DNA of 64,000 nucleotides from Bacteriovoracia bacterium (GCA_050246755.1 JBFWVL010000001.1:1728001-1792000), one strand, 5' to 3'; positions 52,245 through 62,331 are shown, counted from the first letter of the stretch. Made by a program: numbers and translations. Notes: generated from the letters alone by a model not told the origin.

Positions 52245-53990
52245 ATGAAGAATAAGAGCCTGCGCGCCAAACTGTTCCTGCTTTCTGGATTTCTCATTGC
52301 CGTTGCCTTAGTGGTGGGGGCGGTGGGATATTGGTCTTCCGAAAAGATCACCGAAAAGTTCACCGTAATCACCGATGTGAGCTTGCCTAATATTAAAGGC
52401 CTGCTTGAGATGGACGGAAACATCCGCCTGGCCACTGTGCAGGTTCTTTACCTCACCTTGCCAGGAGCTACCGAAGAACAGGATGCCCGCGCCATCAAAA
52501 CCGAGGAAGAGCAATGGGCCGAATTTGATAAGACGATCAAGGAGTATGAATCCATTCCCTTCACCGAGGGGGAAAAAGAGCTTTTCGAAGACTTTAAAAA
52601 GAAAGCGCTGGTCGTACAGGAACACCTTGGCCGTGCCATGGTTTTGGCTAAAAAGAATAAAGATCCACAATCGGCCGAGCGCAAAGAGCTGATTCACCTG
52701 ATGATGACTGACGTGAGAAATTCCGCCCGTGAATCCCGTGCCGCCGTAGCCAAGCTCAAAGAGTTTCATGTGAAAGCGGCTGAATTCAACCAGAAAGCCG
52801 CCGATAATGCCTCCAATCTAGGAGTTTTGCTCTCCGTACTTACCCTGTTAGTTGGTTGCGTCAGTGGCGGTGCATTTGCTTGGTTCTTCTCCGGCTCCCT
52901 GGTGAAAACCCTGCGTTCCATCAGCGATTCCATCTCGGAATCCAGCCTGCAAGTTTCCTCGGCCTCCGGCCAGATCGCGGCTTCTTCGCAGCAGCTCTCG
53001 CAAGCGGCTACGGAACAGGCAGCCTCGCTCGAAGAAACCGCCAGCTCGATCGAAGAGATGAGCGCGATGGTGAAGAAAAACAGCGACAACGCCAAGAATA
53101 CCGCGTCGGTTTCTACCGACTCGCAGAACTCCGCCGAAAAGGGCAAGCAAGCTGTGGAGAAAATGCTTCACTCGATGGATGCCATTAATCAAAGCAATGC
53201 CGTGATCATGCAGCAGATCGATCATAGCAATAATCAAATCGGCGAGATCGTTAAGGTGATCGCGGAGATCGGCAATAAAACAAAAGTAATCAACGATATC
53301 GTTTTCCAGACGAAGCTGCTTTCCTTTAATGCCTCCGTGGAGGCCGCACGGGCCGGGGAGCACGGGAAAGGTTTCGCCGTAGTGGCCGAAGAAGTGGGCA
53401 ATCTCGCGCAAATGAGCGGAAACGCCGCCAAGGAAATCTCCTCGCTGCTGGAGAGCAGCACCCAAAAGGTAGAGGGTATCGTGCACGAAACGAAGACCAA
53501 AGTGGGCACCCTCGTGGCCGATGGAAAAGCGAAGGTGGAAGAGGGAACCAACGTGGCCAAGGAATGCAGCGAGATCCTGAACGAGATCGTGAAGAACGTG
53601 GCCAGCGTTTCCTTGATGTCCACGGAGATCGCCACCGCCAGTGAAGAGCAGTCGCGCGGCGTGAACGAGATCACCAAGGCCATGGGCCAGCTGGATGCGG
53701 TAACCCAAACCAATGCGGCCACTTCCGAAGAGGCCGCGAGCGCGGCCGAGGAGCTTTCCGCTCAAGCGGAATCGCTGAAAGGGCTCGTGAATGAGCTCGT
53801 GGTGGCGGTGAACGGGAGAGCCGATGGCTTCGCCGCTCCCGTGATGGTGGCCAAGCAAGTTCCCGCGAAAAGCGCGGGCGGCAAGGTTGTTCCCTTCGCG
53901 GCCCGTGCCTCCCAGCCGGCGGCGCCCATGAAAAAAGCCGCGGGTGATGAGCGTCCCAGCTACGACGACTCGCGCTTTACCGAAGTTTAG
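52245..53990 (+). CDS. Methyl-accepting chemotaxis protein (4-helix sensor)
   Basis: Two TMs, hairpin tip QTKLLSFNASVEAARAGEHGKGFAVVAEEV, methylation helices, C-terminal RFTEV pentapeptide-like tether. Confidence 0.97.
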   Translation: MKNKSLRAKLFLLSGFLIAVALVVGAVGYWSSEKITEKFTVITDVSLPNIKGLLEMDGNIRLATVQVLYLTLPGATEEQDARAIKTEEEQWAEFDKTIKEYESIPFTEGEKELFEDFKKKALVVQEHLGRAMVLAKKNKDPQSAERKELIHLMMTDVRNSARESRAAVAKLKEFHVKAAEFNQKAADNASNLGVLLSVLTLLVGCVSGGAFAWFFSGSLVKTLRSISDSISESSLQVSSASGQIAASSQQLSQAATEQAASLEETASSIEEMSAMVKKNSDNAKNTASVSTDSQNSAEKGKQAVEKMLHSMDAINQSNAVIMQQIDHSNNQIGEIVKVIAEIGNKTKVINDIVFQTKLLSFNASVEAARAGEHGKGFAVVAEEVGNLAQMSGNAAKEISSLLESSTQKVEGIVHETKTKVGTLVADGKAKVEEGTNVAKECSEILNEIVKNVASVSLMSTEIATASEEQSRGVNEITKAMGQLDAVTQTNAATSEEAASAAEELSAQAESLKGLVNELVVAVNGRADGFAAPVMVAKQVPAKSAGGKVVPFAARASQPAAPMKKAAGDERPSYDDSRFTEV

Positions 53991-53999
53991 TTCCAATCA

Positions 54000-54040
54000 A
54001 ACGGCCCTCCTTGTTTTTTAGGAGGGGCCGTTCTCATTTT
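54000..54040 (+). terminator. Hairpin after the MCP gene (terminator or mRNA stabiliser)
   Basis: AACGGCCCTCCT...AGGAGGGGCCGTT stem with one bulge, followed by CTCATTTT. Confidence 0.6.
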
Positions 54041-54042
54041 AG

Positions 54043-54891
54043 GTGACTATGTCTGCGGCGATCATAGCTTCTTTTAGTGTTGGTCCGGAAATGGAGCTTT
54101 CCGCGAAGGAATTCTCCTATTTTTCTGGTCTATTAAGACAAGTTGCCGGTATCCACCTTGCGCCCGCGAAGATGCAGCTTTTACAGGGTCGTCTCCGGCA
54201 ACGCGTACTGTCGCTGGGGCTGAAATCGTTTGCTGAGTACCAGCATCGCCTCGCCGCTTTGTCGAATGGCGATCCAGAGCTGCAAGAGTTCGTGAATTTA
54301 CTGACCACGAACAAAACCGAGTTTTTCCGCGAGTGCGGGCATTTCGAATTTCTCGCCCAGGTTTTGGCGCAACGAAACTCTCCGGTGCGGATCTGGTGCG
54401 CGGCCTCGTCCACCGGGGAAGAGCCCTATACGCTCGCCATTTTACTGCACCACCTAGGCGTGGCCGACTTCGAGATCTTTGCTTCGGACATCGATACCGA
54501 AGTACTTTCCGTGGCCGCAAGCGCCGTATACTCGCGGGAAAAGCTCCGCGAGATTCCGGAAGAATACCAGAAGACGGCGTTTGACTTCGGAACCAAAGGA
54601 ATCGAAGATTGGATGCGGGTAAAGCCCGCCATCCGTCGCCGCGTGAAGTTTGGGCAGCATAATCTGATCGATCCTCGGTTGCCGGCCAACGGCTTGTTCG
54701 ATTTCGTTTTCTGCCGCAACGTCTTGATCTACTTCACGCCGGAAACCTGCGAGCAGATCATGAATAAGCTTTATCAGGCCACGAAGCCGGGAGGCATGGC
54801 GTTTATCGGGCACTCCGAATCGCTGCAGAATATGAAAACCGGCTGGAAGCCGCTTCGTGCTTCGGTTTACCAGAGAAAGAGTGGCAAGTGA
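54043..54891 (+). CDS. cheR: Chemotaxis methyltransferase CheR
   Basis: LTTNKTEFFRE, RIWCAASSTGEEPYTLA, ASDID, FCRNVLIYF, GHSES. Confidence 0.96.
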   Translation: MTMSAAIIASFSVGPEMELSAKEFSYFSGLLRQVAGIHLAPAKMQLLQGRLRQRVLSLGLKSFAEYQHRLAALSNGDPELQEFVNLLTTNKTEFFRECGHFEFLAQVLAQRNSPVRIWCAASSTGEEPYTLAILLHHLGVADFEIFASDIDTEVLSVAASAVYSREKLREIPEEYQKTAFDFGTKGIEDWMRVKPAIRRRVKFGQHNLIDPRLPANGLFDFVFCRNVLIYFTPETCEQIMNKLYQATKPGGMAFIGHSESLQNMKTGWKPLRASVYQRKSGK

Positions 54892-55370
54892 TCATCGATC
54901 CCGCCACGCAAGTGCCCATCGGCATCGGAGAGCTCGCGGTGTTGAAAGAGCCAAAAGTAATCACCACGGTGCTGGGATCCTGCGTTTCCGTGTGCCTCTA
55001 CGCGCCCGCCCACCGAGCTGGGGGCATGAATCACTTTGCCATGCCGAAAAAGCTAAATGGAGCCCAGGGGCATAACCAATACCACTTCGGTACCGACGCG
55101 ATTCCCGCCCTGGTGGAAAAACTGAAGCAGTTAACCGGAGCTCAGGCTACGGATTTCGTAGCGAAAATAGTGGGGGGCGCGCAAGGATTGTCGAGTAGTT
55201 CCGGCTCGGTAGGCAAAGAAAATATTGCTTTGGCTTTGGCGATGCTGCAGCAATATAAAATTAAAATACTCGGAACCGATACCGGCGGGAATCTGGGCCG
55301 CAAAGTACTGTTTTATCCTGAATCAGGGCGGCTTTTAGTGGCCTTATTGGATGCGCAGGCCGCTGCCTAG
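54888..55370 (+). CDS. cheD: Chemoreceptor glutamine deamidase CheD
   Basis: TVLGSCVSVCL, GGMNHF, AKIVGGA, VGKEN, DTGG..GRK. Confidence 0.94.
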   Translation: MIIDPATQVPIGIGELAVLKEPKVITTVLGSCVSVCLYAPAHRAGGMNHFAMPKKLNGAQGHNQYHFGTDAIPALVEKLKQLTGAQATDFVAKIVGGAQGLSSSSGSVGKENIALALAMLQQYKIKILGTDTGGNLGRKVLFYPESGRLLVALLDAQAAA

Positions 55371-55417
55371 GGTATAGTGGAGGCAGGTGGACTAACCGCC
55401 TGAATTCGAGGTATTCC

Positions 55418-55993
55418 ATGCGCGCTCTTTTTTTGATTTTACTCGCCGTTCCCGGCTTATCGTTCGCTTCCCCGAAGGCGAGCCCGCCGCAAACCGAGAC
55501 GGCCCTCTTCGCCGCCGGCTGCTTCTGGGGCAGCGAAGAATTTTTTCGCAAGATTCCCGGGGTAATGAGCACCAGCGTGGGCTACGCCGGCGGAAAAATG
55601 GAAAATCCTAGCTATGAAGCGGTGAGCGCGGGAAAAACCGGCCACGCCGAAGTGGTGAAGGTGGAATTCGATCCGAAAAAAGTAAGCTACGAAAAGCTGC
55701 TCGATCAATTTTTCAAAATGCACGATCCCACCACGCTGAATCGCCAGGGCAATGATGTGGGCCCCCAATACCGCTCGGCGATTTTCTTTGAGAGCGGCGC
55801 GCAGAAAAAAATAGCCGAAGAGTTTAAGCGGAAGGTGGAAAAATCAGGTGCCTGGAAAGGCAAGATCACCACCGAGATCGCGCCCGCGAGTAAGTTCTTT
55901 CCGGCGGAAGACTATCACCAGCATTACTTGATCAAGAATCCCGACGGCTACGATAATCATTACCTGCGGAATATTTCGTTCGAAAAAAAGTAG
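55418..55993 (+). CDS. msrA: Peptide methionine sulfoxide reductase A, exported
   Basis: GCFWG, VGYAGG, TGHAE, HDPT..NRQGND.GPQYRS, AEDYHQ; signal peptide. Confidence 0.95.
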   Translation: MRALFLILLAVPGLSFASPKASPPQTETALFAAGCFWGSEEFFRKIPGVMSTSVGYAGGKMENPSYEAVSAGKTGHAEVVKVEFDPKKVSYEKLLDQFFKMHDPTTLNRQGNDVGPQYRSAIFFESGAQKKIAEEFKRKVEKSGAWKGKITTEIAPASKFFPAEDYHQHYLIKNPDGYDNHYLRNISFEKK

Positions 55994-56120
55994 GTGCATG
56001 CTCTCGCTGGCCCCAAAATATCTCCATAGATCGGGTAGTTGGGTAAAAGAGTAGCTTGCCTTACACTCTAGCGGTTCATGCGCTGAATTAGCGGTAGCGG
56101 ATTTCGTAAGAGGAATTTAT

Positions 56121-56147
56121 TTAGTTTATCCTTAGGTAAGCCGTTAA
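56121..56147 (+). promoter_or_regulatory. Possible sigma-28 promoter of the kelch lipoprotein
   Basis: TTAG-N15-GCCGTTAA; the -35 is weak. Confidence 0.35.
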
Positions 56148-56175
56148 GAAATCAGGCCTCAAAGGAAGAGACTGA

Positions 56176-59100
56176 ATGCAACGATGTTTCCCCAAATTTT
56201 TTTCACGCGCAGCCCGTTCGGGCCTGAGCCTCGCCGCGGGCGTGACCGCATTGGCCTTTCTCTCCGCTTGCGGCATCACGAATAAGTCCGGCAAATCCGA
56301 CACCAAGGCTTCTTTCTCGAGCGGCGGCATCAGCGTAAGCGAAGCTTCTCCCTCGGTGCAAATCCCCGTGGTTCTCAGCCAGTCCGTGCAGTTTGCATCG
56401 TCGGTGAGCTACAGCATCGTGGGCGGAAGCGCCATCAACGGCAGTGATTTTACGGCTGCCACCTCCGGCTCGCTTAGTTTTCCAGCCGGATCCCGCGTGG
56501 CTTATATCAACGTAAATCTGATTCAGAATGCGGTGGTGAATTCCGACCGCACGGTGGTGTTTAAGCTCAGCGGCGCGAAGGTCATTTCCGGTATCGGTGC
56601 CCAGTCTTCTTTTACCCTTACGATCGTGGACGACGATTCGCAGGCGGAAGTAAACTTCTCCACCTCCGCCCAAACCGTTGCCGAGGCGGCGGGCACCGCT
56701 TTGGTAACCGCCACGCTGGCCACTTCGAAATCGTTCGACGTTACCATTCCCGTTTCGGTTTCCGGCACGGCTACGCAAAACGTGGACTATACTCTCTCGG
56801 GCACCACGATCACGATTCCCGCCGGGAGCACCTCCGCATCCCTCACCGTAAATCTTGTCAGCGACGGCGTCGTGGATGCGGATGAGACGATCATTTTCAC
56901 CATGGACACGCCCACTAACGCCACGGTGGGGAGCATTAATTCCCAAACGATTACCATCACCGATTCGGGTGGAACCGCGCTTCCGACCGTCAGTTTTTCT
57001 GCCGCTACCCAGCTGGTGAGCGAGAACGCAGGTAGCGTGACGGTGACCGTGGATCTTTCCGTGGCCGCGCCGGCCGCCACCGTGGTGCCTATTTTTATCG
57101 GTTCGGGAACTGCCACCGAGGGTGCCGATTTTAGTCTTTCCTCTACCAGCCTGTCTTACGCGATTGGAGAAATTTCGAAATCGTTTACCGTTACCATCGT
57201 GGACGATACCGCTTCCGAGGGAACGGAGTCCATCGTGCTGGGGATCGGTACTCCCGTGAACGCCACCGTGGGAGCCACGGGCACCCAGACGATTTCCATT
57301 ACTGACAACGACGCTGCCGCTTTCTCGATCACGAGCGTGAATCCCGACAGCGGGCCAGCCCAGGGGGAGAACCGCGTAACCGTTTACGGAAATGGTTTCA
57401 CCGGTGTAACGAGCGTGACCCTGGCCGGGATCGCGTGCGGTTCCGTGAACGCGATCAGCTCCAACGAGCTCACTTGCATCGCCGGTGCGGGCGCGGCCGG
57501 CACGGGCGACGCCGACGTAACCGTCGCCGGCCCGACTACTACCACCTTGGTGAACGCCTATACTTACCTGGACTGGACGCCCACCGCCGCCGGCTCCGCC
57601 CCCGCGGCCCGTTACTTCCATTCTTCCGTTTGGACTGGATCCGAGATGATCATCTGGGGCGGCACGAACGAAGTGGGAACCTATTTCGGCAACGGGGCTC
57701 GCTTTAACCCGGCCACGAATTCTTGGACCACGATTGCCGCGAGCGCCACGAACGAACCTTCCTCCCGTGGTGACCACACCGGTACTTGGACCGGCAGCCA
57801 AATGATTATTTGGGGCGGAACTAACGGCACGAGCTACCTAGCCGACGGCGCGAAGTTTACTCCCGTGCTCGGAACCTGGACCGCCATGGCCAGCACTTCG
57901 GCTCCTTCGGCACGCAGCCGCCATACCGCTACGTGGTGCCCCGATGGGCTGCTTGCGGTGTGGGGCGGTTTCAACGGCACCGCGCTCGGCAGCGGCGCAA
58001 GATATAATCCTACGGCGGATACTTGGGTGGCGATGACGGCGCCCCCCGCAGCGGTGGTTCCGCGGTTCGGGCATACGGCGGTACTTTCGCTATCCAGCGG
58101 GTTGTTCCGATTGATCATCTGGGGCGGAAGCGACGGTTCGAACGAATTATCCAGCGGCGGGATGTATAACTTATCCGGAGGTACTTGGACCACCACGCAG
58201 ACTACCGGCGTGCCCTCCGGCAGGACGGGCCATTCGGCGATATGGGATGGTAGCTCGATGATCGTGTGGGGGGGAGTATCCTCCACCATCGCGCAGGGTG
58301 GTGGTGCGAAGTTCACTCCTCCTACGACCGCCGTGAACGGCGGAACCTGGGTGACTATCAGCAATACCAGCGCGCCCGCAGCGCGCGAGTCGCATTCCAC
58401 CGTTTGGACCGGCCTCGAAATGCTGGTTTGGGGCGGACGCAATGGGTCTTCCATCTTCAACGACGGCGGACGCTACAATTCTAGTTTAGATTCTTGGACG
58501 ACGATTTCTACCACCGGCGCGCCCACGGCGCGTTTCGATCAATCGGCGGAATATACCGGCGACCGCATGATCGTATGGGGCGGGAACGACGGGGCGGCCG
58601 CCTTGGCTTCGGGATCGCAGTTCTTCGCGCCCAACGCGAGCTCCAATACCTGGACGGCCACCGCCGTGCCTACTTCTCCGGCTCTCGCCGCCCGCCAGTA
58701 CCACTCCGCGGTGTGGACTGGCTCGGAAATTATTCTCTGGGGCGGTTCCACGCTCGCTTCCGCCACCGACTGCGTAAATACCGGCGCGCGATTCAATCCC
58801 GCCACGAACGCCTGGAGCACGGTGGGCGTAAGCACCACCTCGGCCCCGACCGCGCGTTGCGAGCATTCCGCCGTTTGGACCGGCGGCAGAATGATTATCT
58901 GGGGCGGCCGGACGGCGGCCAACGTGAGTACGGCCACGGGCGGATTGTATAGCCCGGTCGCCAATACCTGGACCACGGCGCTGGCGGGCACCGGCACGAA
59001 TAATCCCAGCGCGCGCTTCGCCCATTCTGCCGTTTGGACCGGCCAGCGCATGATCATCTGGGGCGGGATCGATAGCGGCACGACTAAATCAGATGGATTT

Positions 59101-59724
59101 ATCTATAATCCCGATGCCACCACCACGGCACTTGCCTGGACGGCGCTTCCCTCCACCGGCACCCCCGCCGCCCGCCTGCGCCACGTGGCCGTTTGGACTG
59201 GGAGCCAGATGATTATCTGGGGCGGAAAAAGTGCGATCAGTGCCCCCACCTATTTTGCAACGGGGGCCATTTATGATTTGGCGGGCAATACCTGGACGGC
59301 TACCGCCGCGGGCAGCGCGCCCACCGGCCGAGAGGGCCATACCGCGGTGTGGACCGGCTCGAGAATGATCGTATGGGGCGGATACGACGGATCTTCCCGC
59401 CTGAATACCGGCGCGGAACTAGATCCAATCGGAAATGCCTGGACGGTTCTTACCACTACCAATGCTCCTACCGCGCGTAGCGATCACTCCGCCGTGTGGA
59501 CGGGGACCAAGATGATTATCTGGGGAGGTTTCTCCACGGGATCGGCCCATACGGGAGCGGAATATAATCCGACGAGTACCAGCTGGACAGTGATGACGAC
59601 CAACTCCGCTCCGGCCGGCCGCTTCCGCCATACCGCTATATGGACCGGCGATCGCATGGTAATATTGGGCGGAGTAGACAATGGCACTTCGATCTTCAAT
59701 ACCGGCGGCATGTATATTCCCTAG
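56176..59724 (+). CDS. Surface lipoprotein: 3 Calx-beta domains, IPT/TIG domain, 14 kelch-like repeats
   Basis: Lipobox LSAC; three Calx-beta units ending TI.D.D; ITSVNPDSGP...GENRVTVYG (IPT); 14 HxAVWTGxxMIIWGG-type repeats. Confidence 0.88.
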   Translation: MQRCFPKFFSRAARSGLSLAAGVTALAFLSACGITNKSGKSDTKASFSSGGISVSEASPSVQIPVVLSQSVQFASSVSYSIVGGSAINGSDFTAATSGSLSFPAGSRVAYINVNLIQNAVVNSDRTVVFKLSGAKVISGIGAQSSFTLTIVDDDSQAEVNFSTSAQTVAEAAGTALVTATLATSKSFDVTIPVSVSGTATQNVDYTLSGTTITIPAGSTSASLTVNLVSDGVVDADETIIFTMDTPTNATVGSINSQTITITDSGGTALPTVSFSAATQLVSENAGSVTVTVDLSVAAPAATVVPIFIGSGTATEGADFSLSSTSLSYAIGEISKSFTVTIVDDTASEGTESIVLGIGTPVNATVGATGTQTISITDNDAAAFSITSVNPDSGPAQGENRVTVYGNGFTGVTSVTLAGIACGSVNAISSNELTCIAGAGAAGTGDADVTVAGPTTTTLVNAYTYLDWTPTAAGSAPAARYFHSSVWTGSEMIIWGGTNEVGTYFGNGARFNPATNSWTTIAASATNEPSSRGDHTGTWTGSQMIIWGGTNGTSYLADGAKFTPVLGTWTAMASTSAPSARSRHTATWCPDGLLAVWGGFNGTALGSGARYNPTADTWVAMTAPPAAVVPRFGHTAVLSLSSGLFRLIIWGGSDGSNELSSGGMYNLSGGTWTTTQTTGVPSGRTGHSAIWDGSSMIVWGGVSSTIAQGGGAKFTPPTTAVNGGTWVTISNTSAPAARESHSTVWTGLEMLVWGGRNGSSIFNDGGRYNSSLDSWTTISTTGAPTARFDQSAEYTGDRMIVWGGNDGAAALASGSQFFAPNASSNTWTATAVPTSPALAARQYHSAVWTGSEIILWGGSTLASATDCVNTGARFNPATNAWSTVGVSTTSAPTARCEHSAVWTGGRMIIWGGRTAANVSTATGGLYSPVANTWTTALAGTGTNNPSARFAHSAVWTGQRMIIWGGIDSGTTKSDGFIYNPDATTTALAWTALPSTGTPAARLRHVAVWTGSQMIIWGGKSAISAPTYFATGAIYDLAGNTWTATAAGSAPTGREGHTAVWTGSRMIVWGGYDGSSRLNTGAELDPIGNAWTVLTTTNAPTARSDHSAVWTGTKMIIWGGFSTGSAHTGAEYNPTSTSWTVMTTNSAPAGRFRHTAIWTGDRMVILGGVDNGTSIFNTGGMYIP

Positions 59725-60574
59725 GTTCGGGCGGAGCCTCGCCGTTCTCGTTTGTGCCCTCGCCGTTTTTTCCTGCACTGGAAAACAGAATAGAATTTTG
59801 GCCGAAGTGGGCCGCTTTACTATCACGGCCGGCGACGCTAAGTACCGCGACGAAATGATCCAAGTATTTTACCCTGGGTCGAAAGAGCCCGACGCGGGCT
59901 TCCTTCAATTACGTGAAGTTTTTATTCAGGCGCAGGTACTGGAAAATAACGGAGTGAAGTTCGGCGAAGATGCCATTGATCGTGAGGCGGCGCGGATCGA
60001 TAAGGAAACGCAGGCGCCGGCCACCCTGGAAAAGATCAAAGCCATCTTCGCGAAGAATCCCGCCGCCTATAGAAAAATTTTCGTGCTGCCCACTCTGGTA
60101 GAGCGCACGATCTATTTTGATTTTTTCTTGCGCAACCCGCAGGTGCAGGCCGGGCCCATTGCCGTGGTGAAGGCATTGCTGGCGGCCCTGCCCGCGGAGC
60201 TAAGCGGGGAAGCAAAAAAGCGCGGTCTCACTCGGCTGGAGCTCGAGTATGAGGCTTCGAGAGGATTTTTTAAAAAAGGCCAGGTGGTTCCGGAGCAGAA
60301 GCCTGCGAACGAAGCCTCGGCGCGGGCGCTGGGCGATATGCGGAAGAAGGCGCTGGATTTCGACAACGCTTATTTTCTGAAGCATGCCGCGGAGATTCAG
60401 GCGGGCAAGCCGCTAGGGGAGCCTCTGGACCGGGGCGAAGTATGGCTGGTGCTTCAGCCTAAAAAGAAAGGCGGAAAGATTTTTTCCGCCTTCGTGGTGC
60501 CTAAAATTTCTTACGAGGACTGGTTGCGAGCGGAACAGAGAAAAGTTACGGTCCGCGAATTCAGCCAAAACTGA
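59681..60574 (+). CDS. Hypothetical lipoprotein (SurA N-domain-like helical protein)
   Basis: Lipobox-like VFSC followed by ILAEVGRFTIT; start uncertain. Confidence 0.55.
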   Translation: MALRSSIPAACIFPRFGRSLAVLVCALAVFSCTGKQNRILAEVGRFTITAGDAKYRDEMIQVFYPGSKEPDAGFLQLREVFIQAQVLENNGVKFGEDAIDREAARIDKETQAPATLEKIKAIFAKNPAAYRKIFVLPTLVERTIYFDFFLRNPQVQAGPIAVVKALLAALPAELSGEAKKRGLTRLELEYEASRGFFKKGQVVPEQKPANEASARALGDMRKKALDFDNAYFLKHAAEIQAGKPLGEPLDRGEVWLVLQPKKKGGKIFSAFVVPKISYEDWLRAEQRKVTVREFSQN

Positions 60575-60578
60575 ACTC

Positions 60579-61553
60579 TTAGTGCTGCAGTTTTTTCAGT
60601 TCTTCCGTTAGCGCGGGAGCCACTTGAAAAAGATCGCCTACCACGCCGTAGTCAGCTTTTTGGAAAATCGGGGCGCTGGGATCGGAATTTACCGCCACGA
60701 TCACTTTCGAGCTGCGCATTCCGGCGAGATGCTGGATCGCGCCGCTGATGCCGAAGGCCATGTAGAGCTTGGGCGAAACGGTTTTTCCGGTTTGTCCCAC
60801 TTGATCCGAATGCGGGCGGTAGCCGGCATCCACGGCCGCGCGGCTCGCCCCCACGGTGGCGCCAATCACGGAAGCCAGGTCTTCGAGGATCTTGAAGTTT
60901 TCAGAATTTTTCAGGGAGCGTCCGCCGGAAACGATCCGCTCGGCCTCGGTGAGATCGGCTTTCGCGGCGCCGCCGGCCTTCGCCACTACTTCTTTCACGG
61001 AGGTGCGGGGAGTGCCGGGATCTACGCTGAGTTTATTGATGGCAGCGGTGCCGGGTTTTTCGGCCTTCATGCCCAGCGCATTAGGGCGCACAGTGGCGAT
61101 GGCGGGCTTGGCGCCGAGGAAGTCCACGGTGCCCAAGCACTTGCCGGAATACATCGGGCGCTTCGCTTCAAGCTTGTCGCCGGCAATCGTGATCTCCGTG
61201 CAGTCGGAGGCCATGCCGGTATCGAGCTTCACGGCCACGCGCGGAAAGAAATCTTTCGTTTGCGCGGAGAGAGAGGCGAGGAGCGCATCGGCGCCGGCCG
61301 CTTTGGCGGCATCTGCCACTGCTTTGCTGAATCCTTCGGCGGAATAATGCGCGAGGGCGGCGTGCTCCGCGAGGTGCAAAGTTTTCGGGGCGAATTTATT
61401 TACCTCACCGGCAAGAGCTTCGAGGGTGCCAGGGGCACCTATGAGCAGTGCTTCGGCTTCCACGCCGGCCCACTGGGCGGCGTTTGAAAGGAGCTCTAAT
61501 GCGCCTTTTTTGATTTTTCCGTTCGCGGCTTCGCAATAAATAAGAACTTTCAT
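60579..61553 (-). CDS. etfA: Electron transfer flavoprotein alpha subunit
   Basis: IVSGGR, VGASRAAVDAG, QVGQTGK, GISGAIQHLAGM, ADYGVVGD. Confidence 0.97.
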   Translation of the reverse strand: MKVLIYCEAANGKIKKGALELLSNAAQWAGVEAEALLIGAPGTLEALAGEVNKFAPKTLHLAEHAALAHYSAEGFSKAVADAAKAAGADALLASLSAQTKDFFPRVAVKLDTGMASDCTEITIAGDKLEAKRPMYSGKCLGTVDFLGAKPAIATVRPNALGMKAEKPGTAAINKLSVDPGTPRTSVKEVVAKAGGAAKADLTEAERIVSGGRSLKNSENFKILEDLASVIGATVGASRAAVDAGYRPHSDQVGQTGKTVSPKLYMAFGISGAIQHLAGMRSSKVIVAVNSDPSAPIFQKADYGVVGDLFQVAPALTEELKKLQH

Positions 61554-61560
61554 TTTAACC

Positions 61561-62331
61561 TCAAATCACTTTCGCTTCGTCGTGGAGAACGCGGGCCAAT
61601 TCTTTCGCGGCGGCGGCGGCATCGCCCGCGATCATTTTGCAAGCGCTGCGATCCGGGGGGAGCGAGAGCGCTTTGTAGCCGATCTTTTTCTGCGATTCGG
61701 AAAGATCAAGATCGGCCAGGGACATTTTCTTAATTTCTTTTTTCTTCGCCTTCATGATGTTCGGCAAAGAGGCATAGCGCGGCTCGTTCATCCCTTTTTG
61801 GGCGGCGATCACGCAAGGCGTGGGTAAATCGTATTTCTCGATCGTGCCGCCCTCGATTTCGCGCTCCACTTGGATGGTGGCGCCGTAGGCGGCGCGCAGC
61901 ACTACCGAAACGGCGGGCAGGTTCATGAATTCCGCCATGCCTTGGTGCACCTGGGCGGCATCGTCGTCGATGGCCTGCTTACCCGTGAACACGATATGGG
62001 CCGGGCCGTTCTTTTCGATGGAGCGGGCCAAAGACTTAGCGGCCAGGTAGGAGTCGGAATTTTCCGGCAGGCTCACGTGAATGGCTTCGTCGCATCCCAT
62101 GGCCAAAGCGGTACGCAAAGAATCCACCACGCGATCCGGGCCAGCGCTCACTACGGTAACCGTGGCGCCCGCATTTTTTTCCTTAAATCGGATAGCTTCT
62201 TCCACTGCAAATTCATCGTAGGGGCAAAGGATCCATTTGATCCCGGCCGTATCGATAGATTTTCCGTCGGCACCGATTTTGATTTTGGTCTCGGTATCGG
62301 GCACTTGCTTGATGCAAACAAAAACTTTCAT
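61561..62331 (-). CDS. etfB: Electron transfer flavoprotein beta subunit
   Basis: MKVFVCIKQVPD, PYDEFAVEEA, ALAMG.D, GKQAIDDD, NEPRYASL. Confidence 0.97.
   Translation of the reverse strand: MKVFVCIKQVPDTETKIKIGADGKSIDTAGIKWILCPYDEFAVEEAIRFKEKNAGATVTVVSAGPDRVVDSLRTALAMGCDEAIHVSLPENSDSYLAAKSLARSIEKNGPAHIVFTGKQAIDDDAAQVHQGMAEFMNLPAVSVVLRAAYGATIQVEREIEGGTIEKYDLPTPCVIAAQKGMNEPRYASLPNIMKAKKKEIKKMSLADLDLSESQKKIGYKALSLPPDRSACKMIAGDAAAAAKELARVLHDEAKVI

Noticed and set aside
55994-56175. Riboswitch (c-di-GMP type) or sRNA upstream of the kelch lipoprotein
   Set aside because: No GEMM or other recognisable conserved motif by eye; an Rfam/Infernal search would be needed.
56203-57801. 532-aa minus-strand ORF and the other long antisense ORFs (e.g. 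33032-34195, 52848-53996, 6611-7582)
   Set aside because: All lie opposite well-supported genes and have the G/R/H-rich composition typical of shadow frames.
57570-59720. Recurring TGGACCGGC...ATGATyATCTGGGGCGG nucleotide motifs as a CRISPR-like or DGR array
   Set aside because: They are the coding kelch repeats, degenerate at third positions; no cas or reverse transcriptase gene is nearby.
48744-62331. FadF-like oxidoreductase and etfAB as one novel locus
   Set aside because: The functional partnership is well known, and the genes are about 10 kb apart with unrelated genes between.
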